A stretch of 64,000 bases of DNA, from assembly GCA_963422365.1 (NCBI GenBank), contig OY729426.1, positions 2,208,001 through 2,272,000 of the forward strand, in the 5' to 3' direction. The position numbers were made by a program, and so were the translations under genes. Positions 1 through 7,627 of this stretch are shown one piece after another; position 1 is the first letter of the stretch; each line of letters opens with the position of its first letter. Under the pieces are notes generated by a model. It did no database searches, had not been told where the DNA came from, and worked only from the letters and a program-made list of their open reading frames with translations. The stretch comes from Nitrospirales bacterium. Its GTDB lineage: Bacteria > Nitrospirota > Nitrospiria > Nitrospirales > UBA8639.

Positions 1-32
1 ACAAGAGGCACATCTTCGCAACCACGTCGCAC

Positions 33-1268
33 TCACTCCCCGACACGAATCATTCTAATGCCATCCTGATCCTGCAGGTAACGCCACGGATCAACGACAA
101 CGGAACCCTTCGGAAAACGCATGTTCCGAAAAAAAGCATGTTTGGTTCCAATAAGAAAAACAGAAGGCTGAAAATCCGGCACTCTCTCGCCGTCTATAAA
201 CGGATCATACATTTGTACGTCCACGTTTCGTTCAACGAGCAAATTCCGTAACAACATCGCCGGACTTCCGACCGTGATGTTTGATTCCGGCTTAAAGGAC
301 TTTCCAAAGATCACTTTCGGCAAATCGTACTCCATCATGACATCAGCCAACCACTCGGTTTGTTTTTCACGCGCAATCATAATCGCCTCAAAAAAGTCGT
401 AGCTCAAATTCAACTCGCGCGCCAACCAGGACAATGCGATATTATCACGCGGATGGCAGCCGCCCCCGTCCCCCATTCCGCCTCGCAAATACATCGGACT
501 GATAATGCGCGTTCCCGCCAGCGCAATCGATTCGGATATCGCGTCAATATTCGCTTCCGTTTTATGGCATATCTCCATGAATGTGTTGATAAACGCGATT
601 TTCATGCTGATATACGTGTTATACGCCACTTTCGCCAACTCAGCGCTGGGAATCGTCGTGGCAAAAACAGGAGCGCCGTGAATTGTCGCATAAAACTGTT
701 TCAAAACCTCCACAGCCTCTTCATCGTCAATGCCCATCAAAACGAATTCTGGATTCAGAAAATCCTCCATCGTTGTCCCCATAGCAATAAAAAACGGGTT
801 GTAGCACAACTTGACTGTGCCGTTCAGTAACGGACGAATTTCCCGTTCAATCGTCCCCGGCAAAACGGTTGAAATAATGACAATGATCTTCTCTTCTCTT
901 CTCTTCAAACACTGTTTGTCGATTTCCGCCGATAAGGTTTTCATGCCCGCTTTCAAATACCGGTAATCAAAATCCACTCTCTCCTCAGGCACTCGAGTCA
1001 CGCCTTCGTATTTTTCCTCGTGAGGAGTCTGTATCGCCACAAAAATAATATCGCTTCCAGACACCAGATCGGCAACATTCGTCAAGCGCAAATGGCTCTT
1101 CGCCAATGCCTCCTGCGCACCCTCTTCACGATAAGAAAGAACGCGCTTTCTAATGCCGTCAACGACGCTCTCATTCGTGTCGCAACCAATGACCTCATGC
1201 CCGCGTTGCTCAATGGCTAACGCACAAGGCAACCCCAATTTCCCCAGCCCCAGAAATCCGATTTTCAC
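33..1268 (-). CDS. UDP-glucose/GDP-mannose dehydrogenase family protein
   Basis: N-terminal Rossmann GLGKLG, YNPFF and AELAKVAYN motifs, catalytic GGGCHPRD, C-terminal GKSFKPES. Confidence 0.9.
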   Translation of the reverse strand: MKIGFLGLGKLGLPCALAIEQRGHEVIGCDTNESVVDGIRKRVLSYREEGAQEALAKSHLRLTNVADLVSGSDIIFVAIQTPHEEKYEGVTRVPEERVDFDYRYLKAGMKTLSAEIDKQCLKRREEKIIVIISTVLPGTIEREIRPLLNGTVKLCYNPFFIAMGTTMEDFLNPEFVLMGIDDEEAVEVLKQFYATIHGAPVFATTIPSAELAKVAYNTYISMKIAFINTFMEICHKTEANIDAISESIALAGTRIISPMYLRGGMGDGGGCHPRDNIALSWLARELNLSYDFFEAIMIAREKQTEWLADVMMEYDLPKVIFGKSFKPESNITVGSPAMLLRNLLVERNVDVQMYDPFIDGERVPDFQPSVFLIGTKHAFFRNMRFPKGSVVVDPWRYLQDQDGIRMIRVGE

Positions 1269-2203
1269 GCTATCTCCTTTGCTTTCAGGATGTTCAACGA
1301 GCGCCCGTGCTTGACAATGTGACCAGCCAGACGCAACACATCTTTTTTCCTCAAGTCTTTCTTTTTGACAAAAACTGGGTGAGTTATTGAATATGCCGCA
1401 GACGTCTCCGCGTACGTCTGATCCCTCGCCTCCTCCGTACCACGAATATGATCTATTTCAATCGACATCTCATCGCGTTGCATGAACAATTGGCCTGCAA
1501 CCGATTCAATCCATGAGTCAGAATGCGTATCGAGAGAATAGTGCCCCAATATTTCAAAAATTTTACGGTGTGCGGCGGGAAAGATGTTTTCCGAAGTACA
1601 AGTATTGAATCTCAAAACCACGAGTTGATTTCGCCAACCCTGAATCGCCGAAGGCCAGTTGCGTGAAAGAAATCTTGCGTCATCGTTAAACAACATCAAA
1701 AAGTCGCCACGTGCGACGGCAGCCAGTTCGTTCACAAACACATGAAAATTTCTATATCCTTCTCCCCGTGGTCCGACAATGATTTTCAGATCAACCGGCG
1801 AACAAGCCGCGTAAAACGATTCCCTTGCGGTTAGAGATTCGTCGTCATCCTCATCCAAACGAATCAAGACCTCAACCTTCGAAGGATCGTTCTCACAGGT
1901 ATTGGCGATATTTTGCAGGGTGTTTTTCAACATCTCCACACGACCACGCGAAGGCAACAAAAGAGACACCCCAATACCATGTGAGACCAATTCATTGCCG
2001 AAGTCGGGAACGTTTCCCGAATACCTTCGATGCATTGCCATTGCCAAGTACCATAACATGCGAAAATATCGGCGCACATAGCGCCGACTGTAGTAGAGAT
2101 CCAATCCTAATAACGCGCGAAAGTACCCACGCGCATGGCGCAACGGCTCTCTCATGAGAAGCCCGATCCATTGCGACAGCAAATTTTTATCTTTGCTTTT
2201 CAT
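1265..2203 (-). CDS. Glycosyltransferase (GT-A/GT2-like)
   Basis: VSLLLPSRGR strand, VLIRLDEDD, GDFLMLFNDD (DxD-like) motifs; 4-nt overlap with the dehydrogenase start. Confidence 0.7.
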   Translation of the reverse strand: MKSKDKNLLSQWIGLLMREPLRHARGYFRALLGLDLYYSRRYVRRYFRMLWYLAMAMHRRYSGNVPDFGNELVSHGIGVSLLLPSRGRVEMLKNTLQNIANTCENDPSKVEVLIRLDEDDDESLTARESFYAACSPVDLKIIVGPRGEGYRNFHVFVNELAAVARGDFLMLFNDDARFLSRNWPSAIQGWRNQLVVLRFNTCTSENIFPAAHRKIFEILGHYSLDTHSDSWIESVAGQLFMQRDEMSIEIDHIRGTEEARDQTYAETSAAYSITHPVFVKKKDLRKKDVLRLAGHIVKHGRSLNILKAKEIA

Positions 2204-2282
2204 TGATTGATATAGCTCTCGTCAGCAAAAAGGTAATCTGCAGATGTACAACGCCGCAAACGGTATTGGTGAATATGAAGCG

Positions 2283-3122
2283 TCAACCTCTATTCGCAAC
2301 ATGCCGTCTGTTGGCTTCGGGTGGTGCAGTCTCCTTGATTTCATAAGCCTTCGCATACTTTCCAAAGGTGTGAAAACCCGCAAACATCGCCGCAATCAAG
2401 CCAGGCAGTCCATCTTTCCATCCTTGTCGGAGGATCAAGGTCTTGATGATGATCCAAATATGATGGCCAAAAAGATTCATGAACGTGACTTCCCGAAGAG
2501 TTTTTAATTTTTCTCGAGCAGCCAATGACGTATATTGCATCATTTTTCGAACATGATGCGTAATCGTGGGCACAGAATGATGGTCTAAAAGCCCGCGAAG
2601 ATCCCCAATGTCTCCCTTAAGCTCTAGATTTTCATGCAGCAACGTATCATCATATCGACCCATGTCTTTTCGAAATAAGCGAACCTGAAGGTCAGGAAAC
2701 ATCCCTCCATGCTTCATCCACTGTCCGTAGAAAAAATTTCGTCGAGCAACTCGGTACCCTACGATATGTGGCTCTTGTCCGTTTTTTTTAAGGCCTTGAA
2801 TCTCGTCACGCAAACTATCGGTCACACGTTCATCCGCATCCACAATAAATATCCAATTGCCTCGAGCCCGTTGGATCGCAAAGTTTTTTTGAGGCCCAAA
2901 TCCTTTCCATGGCTCAATAAAAATTCGCTCCGTGAATTCTTGAGCCTTTTCCACGGTTGAATCGGTACTTTCGGAATCCACGATTATGATTTCATCGACC
3001 CACTTGAGGCTATCCAGACAGTTACGAATATTCTGTTCCTCATTTTTGGTGATGACGATACCAGTCAGAAAATTGGAATCTACACAACCCTTGTGTTCGA
3101 CGTCCATAGTTTGTGTGCTCAC
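2283..3122 (-). CDS. Glycosyltransferase family 2 (LPS core beta-glucosyltransferase WaaE/KdtX-like)
   Basis: IVITKNEE, VDSESTD, WIFIVDADE, GWKDGLPGL motifs; LPS cluster context. Confidence 0.88.
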   Translation of the reverse strand: MSTQTMDVEHKGCVDSNFLTGIVITKNEEQNIRNCLDSLKWVDEIIIVDSESTDSTVEKAQEFTERIFIEPWKGFGPQKNFAIQRARGNWIFIVDADERVTDSLRDEIQGLKKNGQEPHIVGYRVARRNFFYGQWMKHGGMFPDLQVRLFRKDMGRYDDTLLHENLELKGDIGDLRGLLDHHSVPTITHHVRKMMQYTSLAAREKLKTLREVTFMNLFGHHIWIIIKTLILRQGWKDGLPGLIAAMFAGFHTFGKYAKAYEIKETAPPEANRRHVANRG

Positions 3123-3729
3123 CCTTGAAACCCGTGAGTCAAAATTTCTTTATAAAATCTTGGATTGAACCACCGATTTCGTCTCGGACGAAGCGGAGTT
3201 TTTGATGCTATTCGGCTTTGCATGACCTGAGGATGCGTCCCTCTGTAGCCTTTAAGAATATCATATGTCGGACAATATCGGGAATGATTTGCCTCTTTCA
3301 ATGCAGTTTTCTGCATAGACAGTCTTCCCTCACCTTCGTGCCGACTCACTTGGTATTGCAATTTTTGTTGCAAGACCTTGGGATCTTTGACCCATCCGTC
3401 ATGAAACACCCTTGCCTTGATGAGTCGTCCATACAGACCAGATTTGATCATTCGCTGTCTCTTACCTTTGGGCAAAGAATCGCAGCCATCGGTCGCTGAA
3501 TACACCCCGCAATGATTACGGATAATCTGTGTGGCCTTTCTGTACATCCACGGGTCTATACTCCAATAGTCCCCCTTCAACTGGACCATTTTGAACACCA
3601 ATCCCAACACCTCTGGATGCCCCAGGTATCGCTCCATCGCATTCTGAATTTCCGGATAATTTTCTTCATGCAACACTTCGTCACCTTGCACGAATAAGGC
3701 CCAATCACCGGTGCAATGAGATAAGGCAC
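3119..3729 (-). pseudogene. 3' part of a GT2 glycosyltransferase split by the Mu-like element
   Basis: Reads ALSHCTGDWALFVQGDEVLHE... and joins in frame to the 5' part at 7928-8170 (QQDIA|LSHC) once the element and one TSD copy are removed. Confidence 0.9.
3725..3729 (+). repeat. Left target-site duplication copy (GGCAC)
   Basis: 4/5 match to GGCAA at 7928-7932; directly flanks the terminal TG. Confidence 0.8.
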
Positions 3730-3845
3730 TGACGGCGGATGAAAATAAATGGGAATGGGATGAAGCGGGACAGGGGTTAAACAAATCAAGGAGTTAGGAG
3801 GGTCTTTTTCTCCATCGTGCGGCGGCGGAAAATAATGAGGAATTT
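3730..3845 (+). repeat. Left end: putative transposase-binding sites L1 (GAAAATAAATGGGAAT, 3741) and L2 (GAAAATAATGAGGAAT, 3828)
   Basis: Shared CGGCGGnnGAAAATAAnnnGGAAT motif, 87 bp apart; the core recurs inverted at the right end. Confidence 0.75.
3784..3796 (+). promoter_or_regulatory. IHF-binding consensus between L1 and L2
   Basis: AATCAAGGAGTTA is an exact match to WATCAANNNNTTR. Confidence 0.6.
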
Positions 3846-3946
3846 TCGAACAGGTGGGCGAAACAGGGGAGAAATCGGACAATTTCCCCCCTCCACAGGG
3901 GTGTGGCACGTCGGGGGATTTTCGGGAGAGAGAGTCCCCCCTCTGG

Positions 3947-4117
3947 TCATTGAGAGGCTACCCAGAGGATCTCCGCCGGGCGCACCCAGAGCACCCGGGC
4001 CGTGTTGTCCATCACGACGACGCGCTGCGAGGGGAGCTGGAGGAGCCGACGCCACAGGGCGAGGATCTGCTTCTCGCCTCTCATCACATAACACGCTCGC
4101 CCTGTTCATCCGCTCAT
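3947..4117 (-). pseudogene. Small phage ORF (56 codons) with a nonsense codon at position 4
   Basis: Strong RBS AAAGGAGG 5 nt before ATG AGC GGA TGA; the frame continues open to MRGEKQILALWRRLLQ...WVASQ*. Confidence 0.4.
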
Positions 4118-4223
4118 GCTTCCCTCCTTTCAGACCCACAAACAAAAAACATAGAGAAATTACCAACGCCTCAGCCGACACTCAGCCAGTCCAGCCCGTC
4201 CCGCCGTCGGGCTCCCCCTTCCC

Positions 4224-4252
4224 TTGACAGGCGCCCGTCCCCCGGGTATGCT
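4224..4252 (+). promoter_or_regulatory. Sigma70-type promoter convergent to the MuF gene
   Basis: TTGACA (4224-4229), N17, TATGCT (4247-4252) in otherwise very GC-rich DNA; predicted +1 at about 4259. Confidence 0.8.
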
Positions 4253-4258
4253 CCTTGT

Positions 4259-4325
4259 GGGGCTGGAGCCAATTTCGCTTGTCCCGGTTTCGGCCGCGCG
4301 TGAGGGTAGCGACTCACCCAGCCCC
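4259..4325 (+). ncRNA. Candidate 67-nt pseudoknotted small RNA (putative antitoxin or tRNA mimic)
   Basis: P1 GGGGCTGG/CCAGCCCC; CGGT-TTCG-GCCG hairpin; GTGAG/CTCAC hairpin whose loop AGCGA pairs with TCGCT (4275-4279); starts at the predicted +1. Confidence 0.65.
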
Positions 4326-4326
4326 C

Positions 4327-5607
4327 TCAGTCTTCCCCGAGCCTCCTCGCCGGGTTGAGCCGCAAGCGCCGCAGGTCGCTCGGTTTGATCCTTCCCAGAC
4401 TCGTCAGATACGTCTCGTGCCAATCCTGCGTGACCTTCACGGCGACGCGCCACACACGCCCCTCCTCATTGAAGACCCCCACGAGCACCCGATCCAACCG
4501 TCGTCCGGTTTGGCGATTGACCCCAGAGAACCACTCCCCCTCATCCAGGATCTTCTGCACCCGGGCGTAATCCGTGGGTGCCACATCGGGGTGGCCGGGG
4601 ATCCCCGGGATGCGCCCGGCCTGTTTCTCTGCGGTCCAGGGGGAGAGCCGCACCGTCCGGGACAGGCCCCCGAGGGTCTGCTGCACCGCCGGCGGCAGCA
4701 CTGCCACGGGCCAATCGCCCATCGGCCCCGCCCCGGCGTCAGCCTCAGGCCGTCGGGTCCCTGAGGGCGGATGCAAGAATTGCCGGAACACCGCCCCGCC
4801 CCAGGGCTGCCCGATAGCCGCCTGCGCCAGGGCCGCGGGCGCCGCGTCCAACCGGCCGATAAACTGATCCGCCACCGCCCGATCCACCTGGGCCCGGCCC
4901 ACGTGATGCGCCCACCCGGGCTCAAGGCCCACGGGCACCTGCGTCACCCGGCCCGTGCGGCGATTCTGCCAGGGCACCCGGCGCTCGGAGCCCGCCGGGG
5001 GGCCGTCGGCCACCCGATAGCCGTGGCTCGCGAGGTCGGCCGCATCCAGTTGCTGGACCAGGCAGCGACAGTTCCAGCCGTTGGGCGGGTAATGGGTCTG
5101 CCACCAGGGATCGTCCACCGGCAGCACCGTGCCATGCCAGGCCGCGTGCGCGGGCCGGGTGCGGCCGTCCAACACCGCCACGTACCGGAGATACGGCAGC
5201 TCGGCTTTGACCCGGTCGATGCGAGCCCAGCGGCCGGCGCTATAGGCGGTGGCGAGATTGGTGCGGAAGATGGTGCGCAGGCGGGCGAGGCTGCCGAGTG
5301 TCACCCGCCGGGGCGTGCCCGTCAGGGGATCGGGCTGCCACTGCTGGCCCCACCAGCCCTTGCGCACTAGGAGCGGCTCGAGGGCGTCCTGGAAGTGAGA
5401 CAGCGTGGTGCCCTCTGCGAGCGCCGCGTCGACGGCCACGCGCACGTCCTGCAATAGATCGAGTTGCAGCATTTTCGCGACCGTAAAGCTGCGCACGTGC
5501 AGGGCCGCGTCGGTGTCCCGCCAGTCGAAGCCCACGTGAAAGCCCTTGGCCCGGAAATGGTCGACGGCCTCGGCGGCGGGCAGATTGAGAATCTCCGGGT
5601 CAGGCAT
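4327..5607 (-). CDS. Phage Mu F-like minor head protein with C-terminal BECR-type (PBECR2-like) nuclease extension
   Basis: MuF motifs RLRTIFRTNLATAYSAGRW, YVAVLDGRTRPAH, YPPNGWNCRC; C-terminal VRLS..T.EKQ...HPD...DY...VKVT...E.YLTS pattern; start placed at MPDPEIL. Confidence 0.85.
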   Translation of the reverse strand: MPDPEILNLPAAEAVDHFRAKGFHVGFDWRDTDAALHVRSFTVAKMLQLDLLQDVRVAVDAALAEGTTLSHFQDALEPLLVRKGWWGQQWQPDPLTGTPRRVTLGSLARLRTIFRTNLATAYSAGRWARIDRVKAELPYLRYVAVLDGRTRPAHAAWHGTVLPVDDPWWQTHYPPNGWNCRCLVQQLDAADLASHGYRVADGPPAGSERRVPWQNRRTGRVTQVPVGLEPGWAHHVGRAQVDRAVADQFIGRLDAAPAALAQAAIGQPWGGAVFRQFLHPPSGTRRPEADAGAGPMGDWPVAVLPPAVQQTLGGLSRTVRLSPWTAEKQAGRIPGIPGHPDVAPTDYARVQKILDEGEWFSGVNRQTGRRLDRVLVGVFNEEGRVWRVAVKVTQDWHETYLTSLGRIKPSDLRRLRLNPARRLGED

Positions 5608-5620
5608 CAGTCCGTTGGGT

Positions 5621-5657
5621 CCCTCACCCCCAGCCCCTCTCCCAGAGGGAGCGGGAG
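5621..5657. repeat. REP-like palindromic element (CCCTCACCCC...CCCTCTCCC-nnn-GGGAG family)
   Basis: Related copies at 5983-6017 and 10376-10410. Confidence 0.55.
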
Positions 5658-5725
5658 AAAGAAGGGGGACGCTGCCGCGGGTCGGCCGCGAGGCGGCAGC
5701 CCCCGTGCCCAGCCGGTGCAAGGGC

Positions 5726-7120
5726 TCATCCTGAGGCCTCCGGGGGGTCCGCGGCTCCCGACAGGTCGGCAGCAAATCCGGTCCGGTGCAGGCGCTGCGT
5801 CACAGGGTCGACGGCCGCCTCACCGCCCGGCCCCTGCTCCAGTGCGGCGCTCACCGCCGCCAGAGACGTGGCTTGGCCGACGACCTCGCGCACCGGGGCG
5901 ACCACGGGCTCCAGCAGCGGCTCCCAGTCATCCAGGATCGCGGAGGTGGCGGCCTCCAGGGTGGCGTCGGTGGCCCGGGCTGCCCTCACCCCGGGGCTCT
6001 CCCGTGAGGAGAGGGGGCGAAGAGGGAGCGAGTGGGCGGCGAGCGTCACCGGTGCGCCCGGAGCGGGCGCCGGAGTGCCGGCGTGGGCGGGCGTCTCCAC
6101 CCACTCGCCGCCGTAGACCGATTGCACGTGGGCGAGCGTCGGGCGCCGCCCGGCGGTGCGGGCCACGATCTCCTCGCGCACGGCCCGGGCATCGAGATCC
6201 TCCGGCGGGGCGGCATCGCGGTGCAGCCGCGGCACGGCCGCCCCCGGCCAATTCCAGGCCGCCCACCAGCGCACCACGGAGGTATTGAGGGCTGCGTCCA
6301 GTAGCCGGCAGTCGGCTTCGACGGTCTCGTCGCGTACATCTTTTTGGACCTCCGCGGTGCCCCGCCAGGGGCCTTGGTCGGTGGTCGAGGATTGGCCGAG
6401 GATGCGCCGGGTGATCGCCCGATCCCAATACTCGATATAGGCCAGGTGGCTGCCCTCCGAGCGCCGCACGGCCTCTAAGAGCTCGATCGATTGGTCCTCG
6501 GGGATGGCGACGCCGGAGGCCCCCGCCAGGTCGCGGAGTAGCCCCAGCAGCCGATCCACCTCGGCCTGGTCGGCCCCCCGGCGATACGTGGCCTTCGCCG
6601 TCGGGGTCCCAAATTTTTCAAGTGCCGTGGCCCAAAATTTGACCCCGAGGCGCTTGAGCTCCACGGGCCAATAGCACCAGCGGGCCAGGCCGACCCCGTG
6701 CGGCACGTCGCCGTGCTCCCCCGGGCGGGCGAGCAGGACAAATTTGTGCGGCGGCACGGGCACGCCCTGAGGCGCCGCTTCGGTGCGCAGAGCCAGGTCG
6801 CCCCGGGCATCCCAGCAGAAGCGATCCGGTGCGCGGACCCTCAGGGCGGCCAGATGCACGCCGGCGGCAGAGGGCTGCCAGACGGCCTCGGCCACGGCGT
6901 AGCCATACCAGACGGCGTAGAGCAGTCGCCGGCACACGAGATCGAGATCGAGCGCCTGGAGTTCGTCGCGCAGGGCCTCAGCGGCGCGCCGATCCCGCCG
7001 CCGCTCCCCCCCGGGCTCCACGGCCCAGGACTTGGCCACGGCGGCGTCGAGCCGCTGGTCCAGCGCACTCGCCACCCGCTCGTCCCGAAGTACCTCGCGG
7101 TACAGCCGCAGGGAGGCCAG
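5726..7120 (-). CDS. Mu gp29-like portal protein (DUF935), probably 5'-truncated
   Basis: YREVLRDERV..LDQR, LYAVWYGYAVAE, HGVGLARWCYWP, LEKFGTP, ILGQSSTT motifs; homology extends upstream of the GTG at 7075 with no in-frame start codon. Confidence 0.85.
   Translation of the reverse strand: MASLRLYREVLRDERVASALDQRLDAAVAKSWAVEPGGERRRDRRAAEALRDELQALDLDLVCRRLLYAVWYGYAVAEAVWQPSAAGVHLAALRVRAPDRFCWDARGDLALRTEAAPQGVPVPPHKFVLLARPGEHGDVPHGVGLARWCYWPVELKRLGVKFWATALEKFGTPTAKATYRRGADQAEVDRLLGLLRDLAGASGVAIPEDQSIELLEAVRRSEGSHLAYIEYWDRAITRRILGQSSTTDQGPWRGTAEVQKDVRDETVEADCRLLDAALNTSVVRWWAAWNWPGAAVPRLHRDAAPPEDLDARAVREEIVARTAGRRPTLAHVQSVYGGEWVETPAHAGTPAPAPGAPVTLAAHSLPLRPLSSRESPGVRAARATDATLEAATSAILDDWEPLLEPVVAPVREVVGQATSLAAVSAALEQGPGGEAAVDPVTQRLHRTGFAADLSGAADPPEASG
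5983..6017. repeat. REP-like element inside the portal coding sequence
   Basis: CCCTCACCCCGGGGCTCTCCCGTGAGGAGAGGGGG; the portal frame stays open through it. Confidence 0.5.
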
Positions 7121-7176
7121 GTCGTCTCGCGGCAGCGTCCTGGGGAAGGGAGAAGCCGTGATGATGAGCAGGGCGC

Positions 7177-7317
7177 CTAGAGCCAGAAGTAATCCAGCAG
7201 GAGGGTGAGCCCGGCGAGCACCGCCACCGGCACCAGCACCAGGCCGAGGGGGAGCATCACGCCGGCGAGGAGGACAAATTTCAGCAGATCCCAGAGGGTG
7301 TCTTCTTGAATATCCAT
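7177..7317 (-). CDS. 46-aa hydrophobic membrane peptide (moron-like)
   Basis: MDIQEDTLWDLLKFVLLAGVMLPLGLVLVPVAVLAGLTLLLDYFWL*; absent from the ORF track; possible TTGAGA-N18-TAGTCT promoter with TG extension upstream. Confidence 0.6.
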   Translation of the reverse strand: MDIQEDTLWDLLKFVLLAGVMLPLGLVLVPVAVLAGLTLLLDYFWL

Positions 7318-7337
7318 ACGTGAGCGGAGACTAGCAC

Positions 7338-7466
7338 ATGGCGGGGAGAGATCTCAAGCTCAGCCTGCGGATTGCCACGGAGCTCGGGCAGACGAGAGCC
7401 AAGCTCACTCGACTCGAGAGCGACCTGCGCGATCTCCGGCGGGTGAGGGTCAGTAGATGGTGTTGA
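7338..7466 (+). pseudogene. Tape-measure-like N-terminal stub, copy 1
   Basis: MAGRDLKLSLRIATELGQTRAKLTRLESDL, paralogous to the stub at 7628; GGAG RBS upstream. Confidence 0.55.
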
Positions 7467-7569
7467 TGAGGGCGACGAGGCCGGCCAGCAGCAGCCCACA
7501 GACGGCAGCGGGGCCGAAGATGCCCACCACAAAGAAGAGGACCCACTCTCGAAACGTCCCATGATCCAT
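7450..7569 (-). CDS. 39-aa hydrophobic membrane peptide (moron-like), probably leaderless
   Basis: MDHGTFREWVLFFVVGIFGPAAVCGLLLAGLVALINTIY*; ATG lies 7 nt after a -10 box. Confidence 0.65.
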   Translation of the reverse strand: MDHGTFREWVLFFVVGIFGPAAVCGLLLAGLVALINTIY

Positions 7570-7576
7570 ACCCAAC

Positions 7577-7605
7577 AGGATACCACGGCCGCGAGGGGGC
7601 GTCAA
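7577..7605 (-). promoter_or_regulatory. Sigma70-type promoter for the 39-aa peptide
   Basis: TTGACG-N17-TATCCT on the minus strand. Confidence 0.7.
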
Positions 7606-7627
7606 GCCCTCGGAGGAGATCGGAGCC

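Noticed and set aside
4259..4325. True tRNA, tmRNA fragment, self-cleaving ribozyme or simple terminator
   Set aside because: No anticodon arm, TTC T-loop or CCA; I could not fit HDV, twister, pistol or hammerhead cores; a multi-stem fold without a U-tract and with its own promoter is not a plain terminator
3786..7180. Many overlapping 60-270 aa ORFs in the GC-rich insert (for example 3817-4227, 4771-5370, 5464-6288)
   Set aside because: Pro/Arg/Gly-rich shadow frames expected in high-GC DNA, overlapping the recognisable portal and MuF genes
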